64,000 bases of DNA, from assembly GCA_937944975.1 (NCBI GenBank), contig CALEBF010000014.1, positions 82,304 to 146,303 of the forward strand, read 5' to 3'. The notes under the pieces are model-generated. The model did not search any database. It worked only from the letters and a program-made list of their open reading frames with translations, and was not told where the DNA came from. This stretch comes from an uncultured Mycoplasmatota bacterium. Its GTDB lineage: Bacteria; Bacillota_I; Bacilli_A; RF39; UBA660. Positions 38,584 through 47,417 of the stretch are shown here, piece after piece. Both the position numbers and the translations under genes were made by a program. Position 1 is the stretch's first letter. Each line of letters opens with the position of its first letter.

Positions 38584-40359
38584 ATGTTAGGAAAAATTAT
38601 CGGAATGGAAGGAAATATCGTACTTGTAAAGTTGAGTGTCGATTTAAATACTTCCCAAAATTTAATTAACTTATACGCTTTGATGCAAGATACTGAAAAA
38701 ATCAGTGTAGGTGAAATATCCGATATCAAAGATGGAGTAGCATATGTCAACTTACAAGGTGAGATGATTAACAATCGATTCGTATTTGGAGTTGTTAGAA
38801 AACCTGCTTTCAATGCGAGAGTAACGCTTGTTCCAAAAGAAAACATCGGTACGATCATCAGTGTAGATGACTATAATGAGAAAAAAGATTTAATCTTAGG
38901 AGAGAGTGCCGTTTACGCTGGACAACAAGTTGCGGTTAATATCAACGGTTTTTTTGCAAACCACTTTGCCATTTTCGGAAATACTGGTAGTGGTAAATCT
39001 TGTAGTGTTGCTCGTGTAATTCAAAACATCTTCGAGAAAAAAACGGTAGTTCCTTATCGTGCTAGTTTATTTATCTTTGATGCGTATGGAGAATACCACT
39101 CAGCATTCAAAGAACTTTATAAAAAAGCACCAGAAGTAAGTTTCAAAGCATATACGACCAATCCGGATGTCGGGGATAGTGAGATGCTTAGAATTCCATT
39201 ATGGTTATTAAGTGTAGATGATATTGCTATCTTACTTGGAGCCGAGAAGCATTCACAGTTACCAATTATCGAAAAAGCATTAAAACTAGTTACGATTTTC
39301 GGACGTGAAGAAAGTTTAGTTATCAAACATAAAAATGATATTATTGCCCGTGCCGTTTTGGATATTCTTTCAAGTGGACGTCCACCGGCTCAAATTCGTG
39401 ACCAGGTAATGTCTGTATTATCTTACTATAATACGAAGGAATTAAATTTGGATTCTATCATTTACCAACCTGGATATTCAAGACCATTAAAGCAATGTCT
39501 ATTCATCGATGCGACAGGAAAAATTCGTGATATGGAATTACTTACGAGCTTTATAGAGTCGTTCTTAGCAGAAGATCTAGAGTTAACACTTCCAGACGGA
39601 ACATTTATGTACAATTTAAAAGATTTAAAAATGGCATTTGATTTTGCCTTAATTGCGGAAGGTGTGTTAAAGAGTGAGAAGATTTTCGACGATGTCAACA
39701 TGCTGAAAGTAAGATTGCATTCTTTAGTAAATGGTGAATATGGGGCTTATTTTGATTATCCAAAGTTTGTAACGAAGCAACAATATATTCATGAATTATT
39801 AACAGCACCAAATGGAAGAAAGGCACAGATTGTCAATTTTAATATCAACTATGTAGATGACCGTATGGCGAAAAATTTAACTAAAATTTATTCGAAATTG
39901 TTATTCGACTATGCGAAAGAATTAGAACAACGTGCATCGTTTCCTTTCCACATTATTCTAGAGGAGGCACACCGTTATGTACAAAACGATAACGACATCA
40001 ACCTTCTCGGATATAATATTTTCGAACGTATTACGAAAGAGGGACGTAAATACGGAGTGATTTTAGGATTAATTTCTCAAAGACCGAGTGAGTTATCTGA
40101 AACAGTTATTTCACAGTGTAACAATTTCTTAATTTTGAAGATGTTACACCCGAAAGACGTTGGATATATTAGGGACATGGTTCCAAACGTAACAGATGAT
40201 ATCATACGTAAGATTAAAATTTTGCAACCGGGAAGTTGTATGGCGTTTGGAAATGCCTTCAAAGTTCCAGTGCTGGTTAAATTTAAAATGCCAGATCCAG
40301 AACCATCATCTAATAGCTGTGATGTTAGCAACATCTGGTTTATCGAAAGAAAAGCATAA
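38584..40359 (+). CDS. HerA-like / DUF87 ATPase (HAS-barrel plus FtsK-HerA superfamily P-loop NTPase)
   Basis: ATG 38584 after GAGAGGGA. Walker A 'IFGNTGSGKS', Walker B 'HIILEEAHRYV', and an arginine-finger block 'EGRKYGVILGLISQRPSEL'. Has its own -10 TATAAT upstream. Confidence 0.6.
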   Translation: MLGKIIGMEGNIVLVKLSVDLNTSQNLINLYALMQDTEKISVGEISDIKDGVAYVNLQGEMINNRFVFGVVRKPAFNARVTLVPKENIGTIISVDDYNEKKDLILGESAVYAGQQVAVNINGFFANHFAIFGNTGSGKSCSVARVIQNIFEKKTVVPYRASLFIFDAYGEYHSAFKELYKKAPEVSFKAYTTNPDVGDSEMLRIPLWLLSVDDIAILLGAEKHSQLPIIEKALKLVTIFGREESLVIKHKNDIIARAVLDILSSGRPPAQIRDQVMSVLSYYNTKELNLDSIIYQPGYSRPLKQCLFIDATGKIRDMELLTSFIESFLAEDLELTLPDGTFMYNLKDLKMAFDFALIAEGVLKSEKIFDDVNMLKVRLHSLVNGEYGAYFDYPKFVTKQQYIHELLTAPNGRKAQIVNFNINYVDDRMAKNLTKIYSKLLFDYAKELEQRASFPFHIILEEAHRYVQNDNDINLLGYNIFERITKEGRKYGVILGLISQRPSELSETVISQCNNFLILKMLHPKDVGYIRDMVPNVTDDIIRKIKILQPGSCMAFGNAFKVPVLVKFKMPDPEPSSNSCDVSNIWFIERKA

Positions 40360-40369
40360 AAAAGTTCTA

Positions 40370-41323
40370 TCATACGATAGAACTTTCCTTTTTATAATAA
40401 TACCCTTGATAAGTATTGCGTCTTGCGAATTCTTTATCGATTTCGTTCATGACGCAAAATTTTTTTAAGAGCCAAAGAGGTTCGATGAGATCCCCTTTTT
40501 TCGGATCACCTGTAACTCTATGAATGACGATATTAGGATCGAGATGTTCCAATTGATCGCATATGATATCCGTATATTCTTCTCTTGTTAAGACATGAAA
40601 AGGTTTCTTTTGATACAGTGTAGCGAGTGGAGTATCTTTGATGATATGCAACATATGTATTTTAACACCTTGGATGTCGAGACGATTGAGATACTTTGCT
40701 GTTTCGACCATCATTTCTTTTGTTTCGTATGGTAATCCATTGATAATGTGAACGACGACATTGATGTTTCGCTCTCTTAATTTTTTCACCATTGTTTCAA
40801 AACATTCTAGTGTATGACATCGATTAATAAGATGAATCGTTTCTTCGTGAATCGATTGCAATCCTAATTCTACCGTGAGATAAGTTCGTTTTGAAAGTTC
40901 TTCTAGGTAGTCTAAACATTCATCTGTAATAGAATCAGGTCTCGTTGCAATGGAAAGGCCAATGACCCCGGGTTGTTTCAAAATCAGTTCGTATTTTTCT
41001 TTTAAAATAGAGAGGGGAGCGTACGTATTGGTACGGGCTTGAAAATATCCGATATATTTACCACTTGGCCATTTCTTTTGCATCATTAAAACGCCATCTT
41101 GAAATTGTTTTAATAAGTGATCGTTTTTTCTTCCGGCAAATTCACCACTTCCGAGCTTAGAGCAGTAAATACACCCACCAGTTCCAACAGTACCATCGAG
41201 ATTTGGACATGAAAAGCCCCCGTTTAAACTAATCTTAAATACTTTGGTATGAAATTTTTGCTCGTATGCGTAGGTGAGAGTGTGGTATCTTTTATTCGTG
41301 TTCGAGTATAAAAATGGATTCAT
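40370..41323 (-). CDS. Radical SAM protein, TIGR01212 (YhcC/YtqA) family
   Basis: N-terminal 'FSCPNLDGTVGTGGCIYCS' is the characteristic cluster motif of this family. Convergent with the HerA-like gene. Confidence 0.7.
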   Translation of the reverse strand: MNPFLYSNTNKRYHTLTYAYEQKFHTKVFKISLNGGFSCPNLDGTVGTGGCIYCSKLGSGEFAGRKNDHLLKQFQDGVLMMQKKWPSGKYIGYFQARTNTYAPLSILKEKYELILKQPGVIGLSIATRPDSITDECLDYLEELSKRTYLTVELGLQSIHEETIHLINRCHTLECFETMVKKLRERNINVVVHIINGLPYETKEMMVETAKYLNRLDIQGVKIHMLHIIKDTPLATLYQKKPFHVLTREEYTDIICDQLEHLDPNIVIHRVTGDPKKGDLIEPLWLLKKFCVMNEIDKEFARRNTYQGYYYKKESSIV

Positions 41324-41457
41324 GTGAAACCTCCTTCATTTCTTATGATATCATTTCTCGAACTTTTTTTGTGAAAAAATAATGAAAAAAACGAAAAAAG
41401 GACAAAAAACCTTTATATTATAAGGCAATTGTGATATGATGAGTAAGGAGGTAGAAT

Positions 41458-43020
41458 ATGAAAAAGTATGGTTTATTAAAAGCATTAGGAATTGTATTTT
41501 TAATCTTTGTTGTACTTTCTTGGCTGATTCCAATTGGAAGTTACGCTAGTGGAACATTCGCATTAGATGTAACAGCGCCTATGGGATTGTTTGATCTTAT
41601 CCGCGTTCCACTACTTACAGTTAGTAACTATGCCATTTATGGAATTATCGTACTTTTGATTGGTGGACTTTACGGAGTCATGAATCAAAGTGGGGTATAC
41701 ACAAAGTTATTAAATGCAATGACGAAGAAGTTCAAAGGGCACGAAAAAAGATTTTTAATTCTTAGCATTGTATTATTCGCGATTTTATCATCAATCTCAG
41801 GATTAAATTTTGCAATCTTAGTTATTGTTCCACTATTCATTAGTGCAATCTTATTACTTGGATACGACAAGATGACTGCACTTATGTCAACGATCGGTGC
41901 AATGATCGTTGGAACAATTGGTTCTACATACGGATTTAATGTATGTGGATACATCAATTACTATTTTGGAATCGATGTAAACAATGGTATTTTCGTTAAA
42001 CTTGCGATGTTAGCACTTACGACGATTGTATTTATCTTATACGTAACGAGTGCAAAACGTCTTAAGAAGATTGAAATAAAAGAAAAAGCAAAAGCAGAGA
42101 AGAAAGCTGCAAAGGCAGAAAAAGTAGAGAAAAAGTCAACGAAGAAAGAAGCAGCTAAGAAAACTGCAAAAAATACAAAGGCAGCAAAAGAGAAGAAAGT
42201 TGTTGCAACTAAGGCTGAGGCGACAAAAGAAGATAAAATTGCCATTCCTCTTTACAATGAAAAAGAAGAGAAAAAGAAGAGTATTTGGCCACTTGCCATC
42301 GTACTTACTTTAACATTTATTTTCTTATTAGTTGCAATGTTTAACTGGCGTTATGGATTTGAAGTTACACTTTTCGAAGAAGTTTATGAATCTATTATGG
42401 CTGTCGAAATTAAAGGATATGCAATTTTACAAAATATTCTTGGAAGTTTGAGTCCACTTGGATATTGGACGATAACAGAACTTGGAATCGTATTAATTAT
42501 TCTTACATTACTAATTGGATGGTTATACAATGTAAAATTCAAAGATGGTTTAGATGCATTTATCGAGGGTGCAAAAGAAGTTTTACCAGTTGCTATCTAC
42601 GTAACACTTGCTAATATTATTATGGCAGTTGTCGTAAATATCCAAACATCTGGAAACTTATTCTTAACAATCAGTGATTTCTTACTCAATATGACAACTG
42701 AATTTAATTTCTTGACAACTTCATTAGTTGCCGCAATTGGAAGTTTATTCTACAATGACTTCCCATACTTGTTAAATTCATTAGTTTCTACATTGGGAAC
42801 GAGATTTACAGATGCTTCTATTTATCCAGTCATTGGACTTATTTTCCAATCATTCTATGGACTTGTTATGATGATCGTGCCAACAAGTTTAATGCTGATA
42901 GCTGGATTATCTTATTTAAAAATATCATACAAAGAATACTTAAAATATGCATGGAAATTGTTCTTACAATTATTCGTTGTAATTGTTGCCGTGATTATTG
43001 TAATGTTCTTATGTATCTAA
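41458..43020 (+). CDS. YfcC-family membrane transporter with Lys/Ala-rich cytoplasmic insertion
   Basis: N-terminal 'LKALGIVFLIFVVLSWLIPIGSY' resembles YfcC. There are more than 10 TM helices. Residues about 195-265 form a KAEKKAAKAEK low-complexity insert. Confidence 0.5.
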   Translation: MKKYGLLKALGIVFLIFVVLSWLIPIGSYASGTFALDVTAPMGLFDLIRVPLLTVSNYAIYGIIVLLIGGLYGVMNQSGVYTKLLNAMTKKFKGHEKRFLILSIVLFAILSSISGLNFAILVIVPLFISAILLLGYDKMTALMSTIGAMIVGTIGSTYGFNVCGYINYYFGIDVNNGIFVKLAMLALTTIVFILYVTSAKRLKKIEIKEKAKAEKKAAKAEKVEKKSTKKEAAKKTAKNTKAAKEKKVVATKAEATKEDKIAIPLYNEKEEKKKSIWPLAIVLTLTFIFLLVAMFNWRYGFEVTLFEEVYESIMAVEIKGYAILQNILGSLSPLGYWTITELGIVLIILTLLIGWLYNVKFKDGLDAFIEGAKEVLPVAIYVTLANIIMAVVVNIQTSGNLFLTISDFLLNMTTEFNFLTTSLVAAIGSLFYNDFPYLLNSLVSTLGTRFTDASIYPVIGLIFQSFYGLVMMIVPTSLMLIAGLSYLKISYKEYLKYAWKLFLQLFVVIVAVIIVMFLCI

Positions 43021-43159
43021 TAAAGGGAGTCGAAAGACTCTCTTTTTGTGGATAAAATGTAAAGTAAGATGGAAAAAAATGTCACATTTTTGTTTCTATG
43101 TAAAATCTGTTTCTTAGAAATGTTATAATATAAATGTAAAATAAGAAAGGTGGAGGCAT

Positions 43160-44209
43160 ATGAATGGACTAAAAATATTCCAATATGGATGTGGAAAGAT
43201 GAGCGTATATACGATGCGCTACGTTATTGAGAATGGTGGAAAGATCGTAGGAGCAGTCGATATCAACCCTGCTGTAATAGGAAAAGATATCGGAGAAGTG
43301 ATGGGAACTGATAAAGTTGGTGTGATCATAGAGGATGCAAAGAACGCTGAGGCGTTACTCACAGAATTAAAACCAGATTGTGCGATCGTTACGACGATGA
43401 GTTTACTATCAGATCTTGAAGAGGCACTTATGACATGTGCAAAATGTGGTATCAATGCGATTACAACTTGTGAAGAGGCTTTTTATCCAATGAATTCTAA
43501 TCCTACTTTGACAAGTAAAATTGATCAGTTAGCAAAAGAAAATAATTGTACGATTACAGGAAGTGGATATCAAGATGCGTTCTGGGGAAATTTAATTACG
43601 ACGCTAGTAGGTGCAAGTCACAATGTTACTAAGATTAAAGGAAGTTCTTCTTATAATGTAGAAGATTATGGAATTGCACTTGCAAAAGCTCATGGGGCAG
43701 GATTATCGAAGGAAGAATTTGAAAGAAACATCGCATCAGTAGATGAAATCACGGATGAAGAAAGACAAAAAGTGATTGAAAGTGGAGCATATGCACCTTC
43801 ATATATGTGGAATGTCAACGGATGGCTTTGCGATAAATTAGGACTTACTGTCGTAAGTCAAAGACAAAAATGCGTACCACAATTTAACGATTACGATATC
43901 GAATCTAGTACGCTTGGAATGACAGTAAAAGCAGGAATGGCAACAGGAATGAGTGCCGTTGTTACAACTGAAACAAAAGAGAGAATTACACTAGAAACTG
44001 AGTGTATCGGAAAAGTATATAACAAAGATGAATTCGACCGAAATGAGTGGACGATTTACGGAGAGCCAGATACGACGCTTGTGATTGAAAAGCCTGCAAC
44101 AGTTGAATTAACTTGTGCAACAACAGTCAATAGAATTCCAGATGTCATTAAAGCAGAGGCAGGATTCGTTCCAACTTCACGCATGGGAGAATTAAAATAT
44201 ATAAAATAA
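43160..44209 (+). CDS. NAD(P)-dependent amine dehydrogenase, DapB-like fold (2,4-diaminopentanoate dehydrogenase/Ord-like)
   Basis: 'LKIFQYGCGKMSVYTMRYVIENGGKIVGAVDINPAVIGKDIGEVMG' resembles the Ord/AmDH N-terminal Rossmann region. About 349 aa, as in Ord. Confidence 0.5.
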   Translation: MNGLKIFQYGCGKMSVYTMRYVIENGGKIVGAVDINPAVIGKDIGEVMGTDKVGVIIEDAKNAEALLTELKPDCAIVTTMSLLSDLEEALMTCAKCGINAITTCEEAFYPMNSNPTLTSKIDQLAKENNCTITGSGYQDAFWGNLITTLVGASHNVTKIKGSSSYNVEDYGIALAKAHGAGLSKEEFERNIASVDEITDEERQKVIESGAYAPSYMWNVNGWLCDKLGLTVVSQRQKCVPQFNDYDIESSTLGMTVKAGMATGMSAVVTTETKERITLETECIGKVYNKDEFDRNEWTIYGEPDTTLVIEKPATVELTCATTVNRIPDVIKAEAGFVPTSRMGELKYIK

Positions 44210-44236
44210 AAAGAAGTTTCAACACTTCTTTTTTTA

Positions 44237-44695
44237 TTATTGACAGATTGCTCCAGCGTTTGTCAGCATTGCTTGGTATTTTTCGATTGGAATCTCATCT
44301 CCTTCAAAAATATCTGGGTTGATTTTTTTCAATTCTGCTTTGTTGACGTCGTTAAATGGCATTTCGATCGTGTAGACAATTTGACTTTCCTCTTCGATCA
44401 TGTCTGTTTTTACATCTTTGTAGTTTTGCTTGTAATCTTGATCCAAAGCTTCTAGAGTACTCTTTACATGCGTAAAGTCAGTATCGTCAAAACTAGCACT
44501 ATATACACTAGACGTCCTAACAGAAGATACATGTTTTCCATCACTAGAATAGATGTGATTTTCATTGGTAAGTGCATAGATATCATATCGTAAATCTTCC
44601 CGGCATGTCATTACCTTTTCCTCTGAAGTTGATGCTTGATTACTACATCCACAGAGAAACACAACACCAAGTAAAATGATGACTATCTTTTTCAT
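44237..44695 (-). CDS. Hypothetical lipoprotein
   Basis: 'MKKIVIILLGVVFLCGCSN' lipobox. 152 aa. Confidence 0.45.
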   Translation of the reverse strand: MKKIVIILLGVVFLCGCSNQASTSEEKVMTCREDLRYDIYALTNENHIYSSDGKHVSSVRTSSVYSASFDDTDFTHVKSTLEALDQDYKQNYKDVKTDMIEEESQIVYTIEMPFNDVNKAELKKINPDIFEGDEIPIEKYQAMLTNAGAICQ

Positions 44696-44786
44696 CTTCC
44701 ACCTCGCTATCTTTTCTGATTATATCACACAATTTATCATAAAAAAATACTTCTTTTTATGGTAAAATGGTAGTGTGGTGTTAGAT

Positions 44787-45422
44787 ATGAAACATAGGAT
44801 CAATGGAATAGAATACGATGTTGTAATAGAAAAAAAACATAATAAAAATATATATATTCGTGTGAAAAAAGATGGAAAAATATACGTGTCTTGTCCACTG
44901 TTTACATCGAAGTTTTACATAAAAAAATTATTGGATGAAAATGAAGGTCAAATTTCGAAAATGATATCGCGTCAATTAGAACAGCAAAAGAGAGATGAGG
45001 AATTCTATTATTTGGGTCAAAAATATGATATAATTATTGTACCGACGTTAGATAAAATCGAATGGAAAGAAACACGTATTTATGCACCTAGTAAAAAGAA
45101 ACTAGATGTGTGGTGTGATCTAGAGAGAAGAAGAATATTTCAAGAACGTTATGATTATATTTACCACAATTTTAAAGAGAATGTCTTACATCCAAAGTTA
45201 AAAATTCGTTCGATGAAGACGAGATGGGGCGTGTGTAATCGTAAAAGCGAAACGATTACATTGAATGCCAAACTATTATCTTATCCACTCGAGTGTTTAG
45301 ATTACGTGATCGTCCATGAACTTTGTCATTTGGTACATTTTGATCATTCGAAAAATTTTTGGAATCTCGTAGGAATTTATTGTCCAGAATATAAACGGAT
45401 TAGAAAAATTTTAAAAGGTTAG
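44787..45422 (+). CDS. YgjP-like (DUF45/M48-superfamily) metal-dependent hydrolase
   Basis: C-terminal 'VIVHELCHLVHFDHSKNFW' is the HExxH zincin motif of the YgjP/SprT-like family. Size about 210 aa. Confidence 0.6.
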   Translation: MKHRINGIEYDVVIEKKHNKNIYIRVKKDGKIYVSCPLFTSKFYIKKLLDENEGQISKMISRQLEQQKRDEEFYYLGQKYDIIIVPTLDKIEWKETRIYAPSKKKLDVWCDLERRRIFQERYDYIYHNFKENVLHPKLKIRSMKTRWGVCNRKSETITLNAKLLSYPLECLDYVIVHELCHLVHFDHSKNFWNLVGIYCPEYKRIRKILKG

Positions 45423-45431
45423 GTGAGACAA

Positions 45432-46658
45432 ATGAGACGAATGCTTTGTACTTTACTTTGTTTCATTATGGTAGTACCGATGTTAGTAGTGCCAGAGCAG
45501 GCACAGGCAAAAACGCTTGCTCAGTTAAGAGAAGAACTGCGTACTGCTGAGGCGAACTATGCACAGAAGGAACAGGAAGAGCGTTTAACTCAGGAGCAGA
45601 TTGACCAGACAAATCAGAGTGTAGAGGATATCAAAAATGATATGATTCAGATCGATAAAGATATCGAAACGTTAGGAAATGAAATAATAAAATTAAATCA
45701 AGAAATTATAGCAAAGGAAAAAGAAATTAAAAACATTGTCAACTTTGTACAAGTTTCAAATGGAGAAAGTGCATATTTAGAGTATGCATTTGGAGCACAA
45801 GATTTTACGGATTTTATTTACCGTATGGCAATTTCAGAACAACTTGCAGATTATAATGAAAAACTGATTGCAGATTTTACGACTACGATTGAAAACAGTA
45901 AGAAAAAGCAAGTAGAGTTAAAAGAAAAGACTAAGGAGTTGGAACAGAAGCAAAAACAATTGGAAAGTGAGCTTTCTGGTTTAAAAGATAAGATGGCATC
46001 ACTATCCGATATTAAAATTTCGGTAAAAGATGAGATTCGCATGTTACGAGAATCTGTAGAAGGATATGAAAAATCCGGATGTGGTGAAAACGAGGATTTG
46101 GATGCTTGTATGACACGAATTCAGAATAGTGGAGGAGGTTCACTTCCGCCAATTAATGGATTTTACCGACCAATTGTAAAGGGACACGCAACGAGTGAAT
46201 ATGGCTGGAGATGTTTGGAGATTACAGGTTGTGAGCTTCATTCAGGTCTCGATATGTCAGTTGCTGGTGGTGGAGTTCCTGTTTATGCAGCAGCACCTGG
46301 TGTCGTTGTAGGTTTGATCCATAGAAGTAACTGTGGAGGAAATCAAGTGATTATTATCCACACGATCAATGGTCAAAAATATACGACGTTGTATGCGCAT
46401 TTACGCTCTATGAACGTCTCTGTCGGGCAAGTAGTAACAGCGAGCACCCAAATTGGAATTATGGGTGGAAATCCACAGACAGAGTGGTGGGATAAATGTT
46501 CAACTGGCAATCACGTCCATTTTACAGTAGCCACAGGTCATTATTTAAAAGATTATTATAGTTGGAATACGTTTATGAATCATACAATTAACCCAAGGAC
46601 AGTAACAAATGTTCCAGCAAGAGGTGTCGAGTTTACAAATCGTACGACAAGATATTAA
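45432..46658 (+). CDS. M23 family metallopeptidase with N-terminal signal and coiled-coil (EnvC-like murein endopeptidase)
   Basis: Signal peptide. A long coiled-coil region is followed by M23 motifs 'HSGLDMSVAGG' and 'GNHVHFTV'. Confidence 0.7.
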   Translation: MRRMLCTLLCFIMVVPMLVVPEQAQAKTLAQLREELRTAEANYAQKEQEERLTQEQIDQTNQSVEDIKNDMIQIDKDIETLGNEIIKLNQEIIAKEKEIKNIVNFVQVSNGESAYLEYAFGAQDFTDFIYRMAISEQLADYNEKLIADFTTTIENSKKKQVELKEKTKELEQKQKQLESELSGLKDKMASLSDIKISVKDEIRMLRESVEGYEKSGCGENEDLDACMTRIQNSGGGSLPPINGFYRPIVKGHATSEYGWRCLEITGCELHSGLDMSVAGGGVPVYAAAPGVVVGLIHRSNCGGNQVIIIHTINGQKYTTLYAHLRSMNVSVGQVVTASTQIGIMGGNPQTEWWDKCSTGNHVHFTVATGHYLKDYYSWNTFMNHTINPRTVTNVPARGVEFTNRTTRY

Positions 46659-46702
46659 AGTGGGGATTTGGGCCCACTTTTTAACTCGTAAGGAGGTGTG
46701 TC

Positions 46703-47188
46703 ATGAAAAAAATATTATGGATTTTACCAATTCTATGCCTTTTATGCGGATGCGAGATGCAGATGTCTGAAGCACAGAAAGAGTATCAAGCTGGCGTAAG
46801 GCAGTTAGAAGAAAAAAAGGTAAAGAATTTTGACAAAGAACTTCCTTTTGAAGTAGAGGTATCAATCGATTCTTTGGTCGAGGGAGAACTTGTATATAGT
46901 GTTGTGATCGATCAACCGAAAGTGCCGATGAAAAATATCAAGGCTCTCGTTGTCCACGATGCGAAGACGACAGATATCTTTCCAAGTGTTGGAATTTTTG
47001 ATACGCCTTTAAATTTGATTCCGAACGAAGTAGACCAAGAAAAGAAAAATGTAAAGGGAATTGCCCTCGTTGGATATATAGAGACAGACAAGAGTGTCGG
47101 TGCATTCCACATGAATGTTAGAGTGTTAGTATCCTATGAGGACGAAGAAGGAAATCGTCATCAATTATATAGTTATCACAAAATATGA
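46703..47188 (+). CDS. Hypothetical lipoprotein
   Basis: 'MKKILWILPILCLLCGCEM' lipobox. Confidence 0.45.
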   Translation: MKKILWILPILCLLCGCEMQMSEAQKEYQAGVRQLEEKKVKNFDKELPFEVEVSIDSLVEGELVYSVVIDQPKVPMKNIKALVVHDAKTTDIFPSVGIFDTPLNLIPNEVDQEKKNVKGIALVGYIETDKSVGAFHMNVRVLVSYEDEEGNRHQLYSYHKI

Positions 47189-47229
47189 TTCTTTTTTTAA
47201 AGGATCCTTGTTATGATCATATTGGTGAT

Positions 47230-47403
47230 ATGATGAAGGTAAAAGTAATAGACGAAGGACATGAAAAAGATCTAGAAGAAGCAGTAAATAAATTTTTAGA
47301 TGAACTAGATGGGGAACTCATCGATATTAAATTTCAGGTTGCTGTCAGTTCGTTTTCGGAAGAGCAAATTTATTGCTTTTCAGCGATGATTATATATCGA
47401 TAG
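47230..47403 (+). CDS. Small protein, possibly sporulation protein Cse60-like
   Basis: 'KVKVIDEGHEKDLEEAVNKFLDELDGELIDIKFQV...YCFSAMIIYR' resembles the Cse60 pattern, recalled from memory. The start codon is uncertain. Confidence 0.3.
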   Translation: MMKVKVIDEGHEKDLEEAVNKFLDELDGELIDIKFQVAVSSFSEEQIYCFSAMIIYR

Positions 47404-47417
47404 ATAGGTTGTGAGGT

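Noticed and set aside
47185-47229. The longer N-terminal extension of the small Cse60-like ORF
   Set aside because: The extension has no RBS and overlaps the end of the upstream lipoprotein gene. The conserved-looking part begins at MMKVKV. The start remains uncertain.
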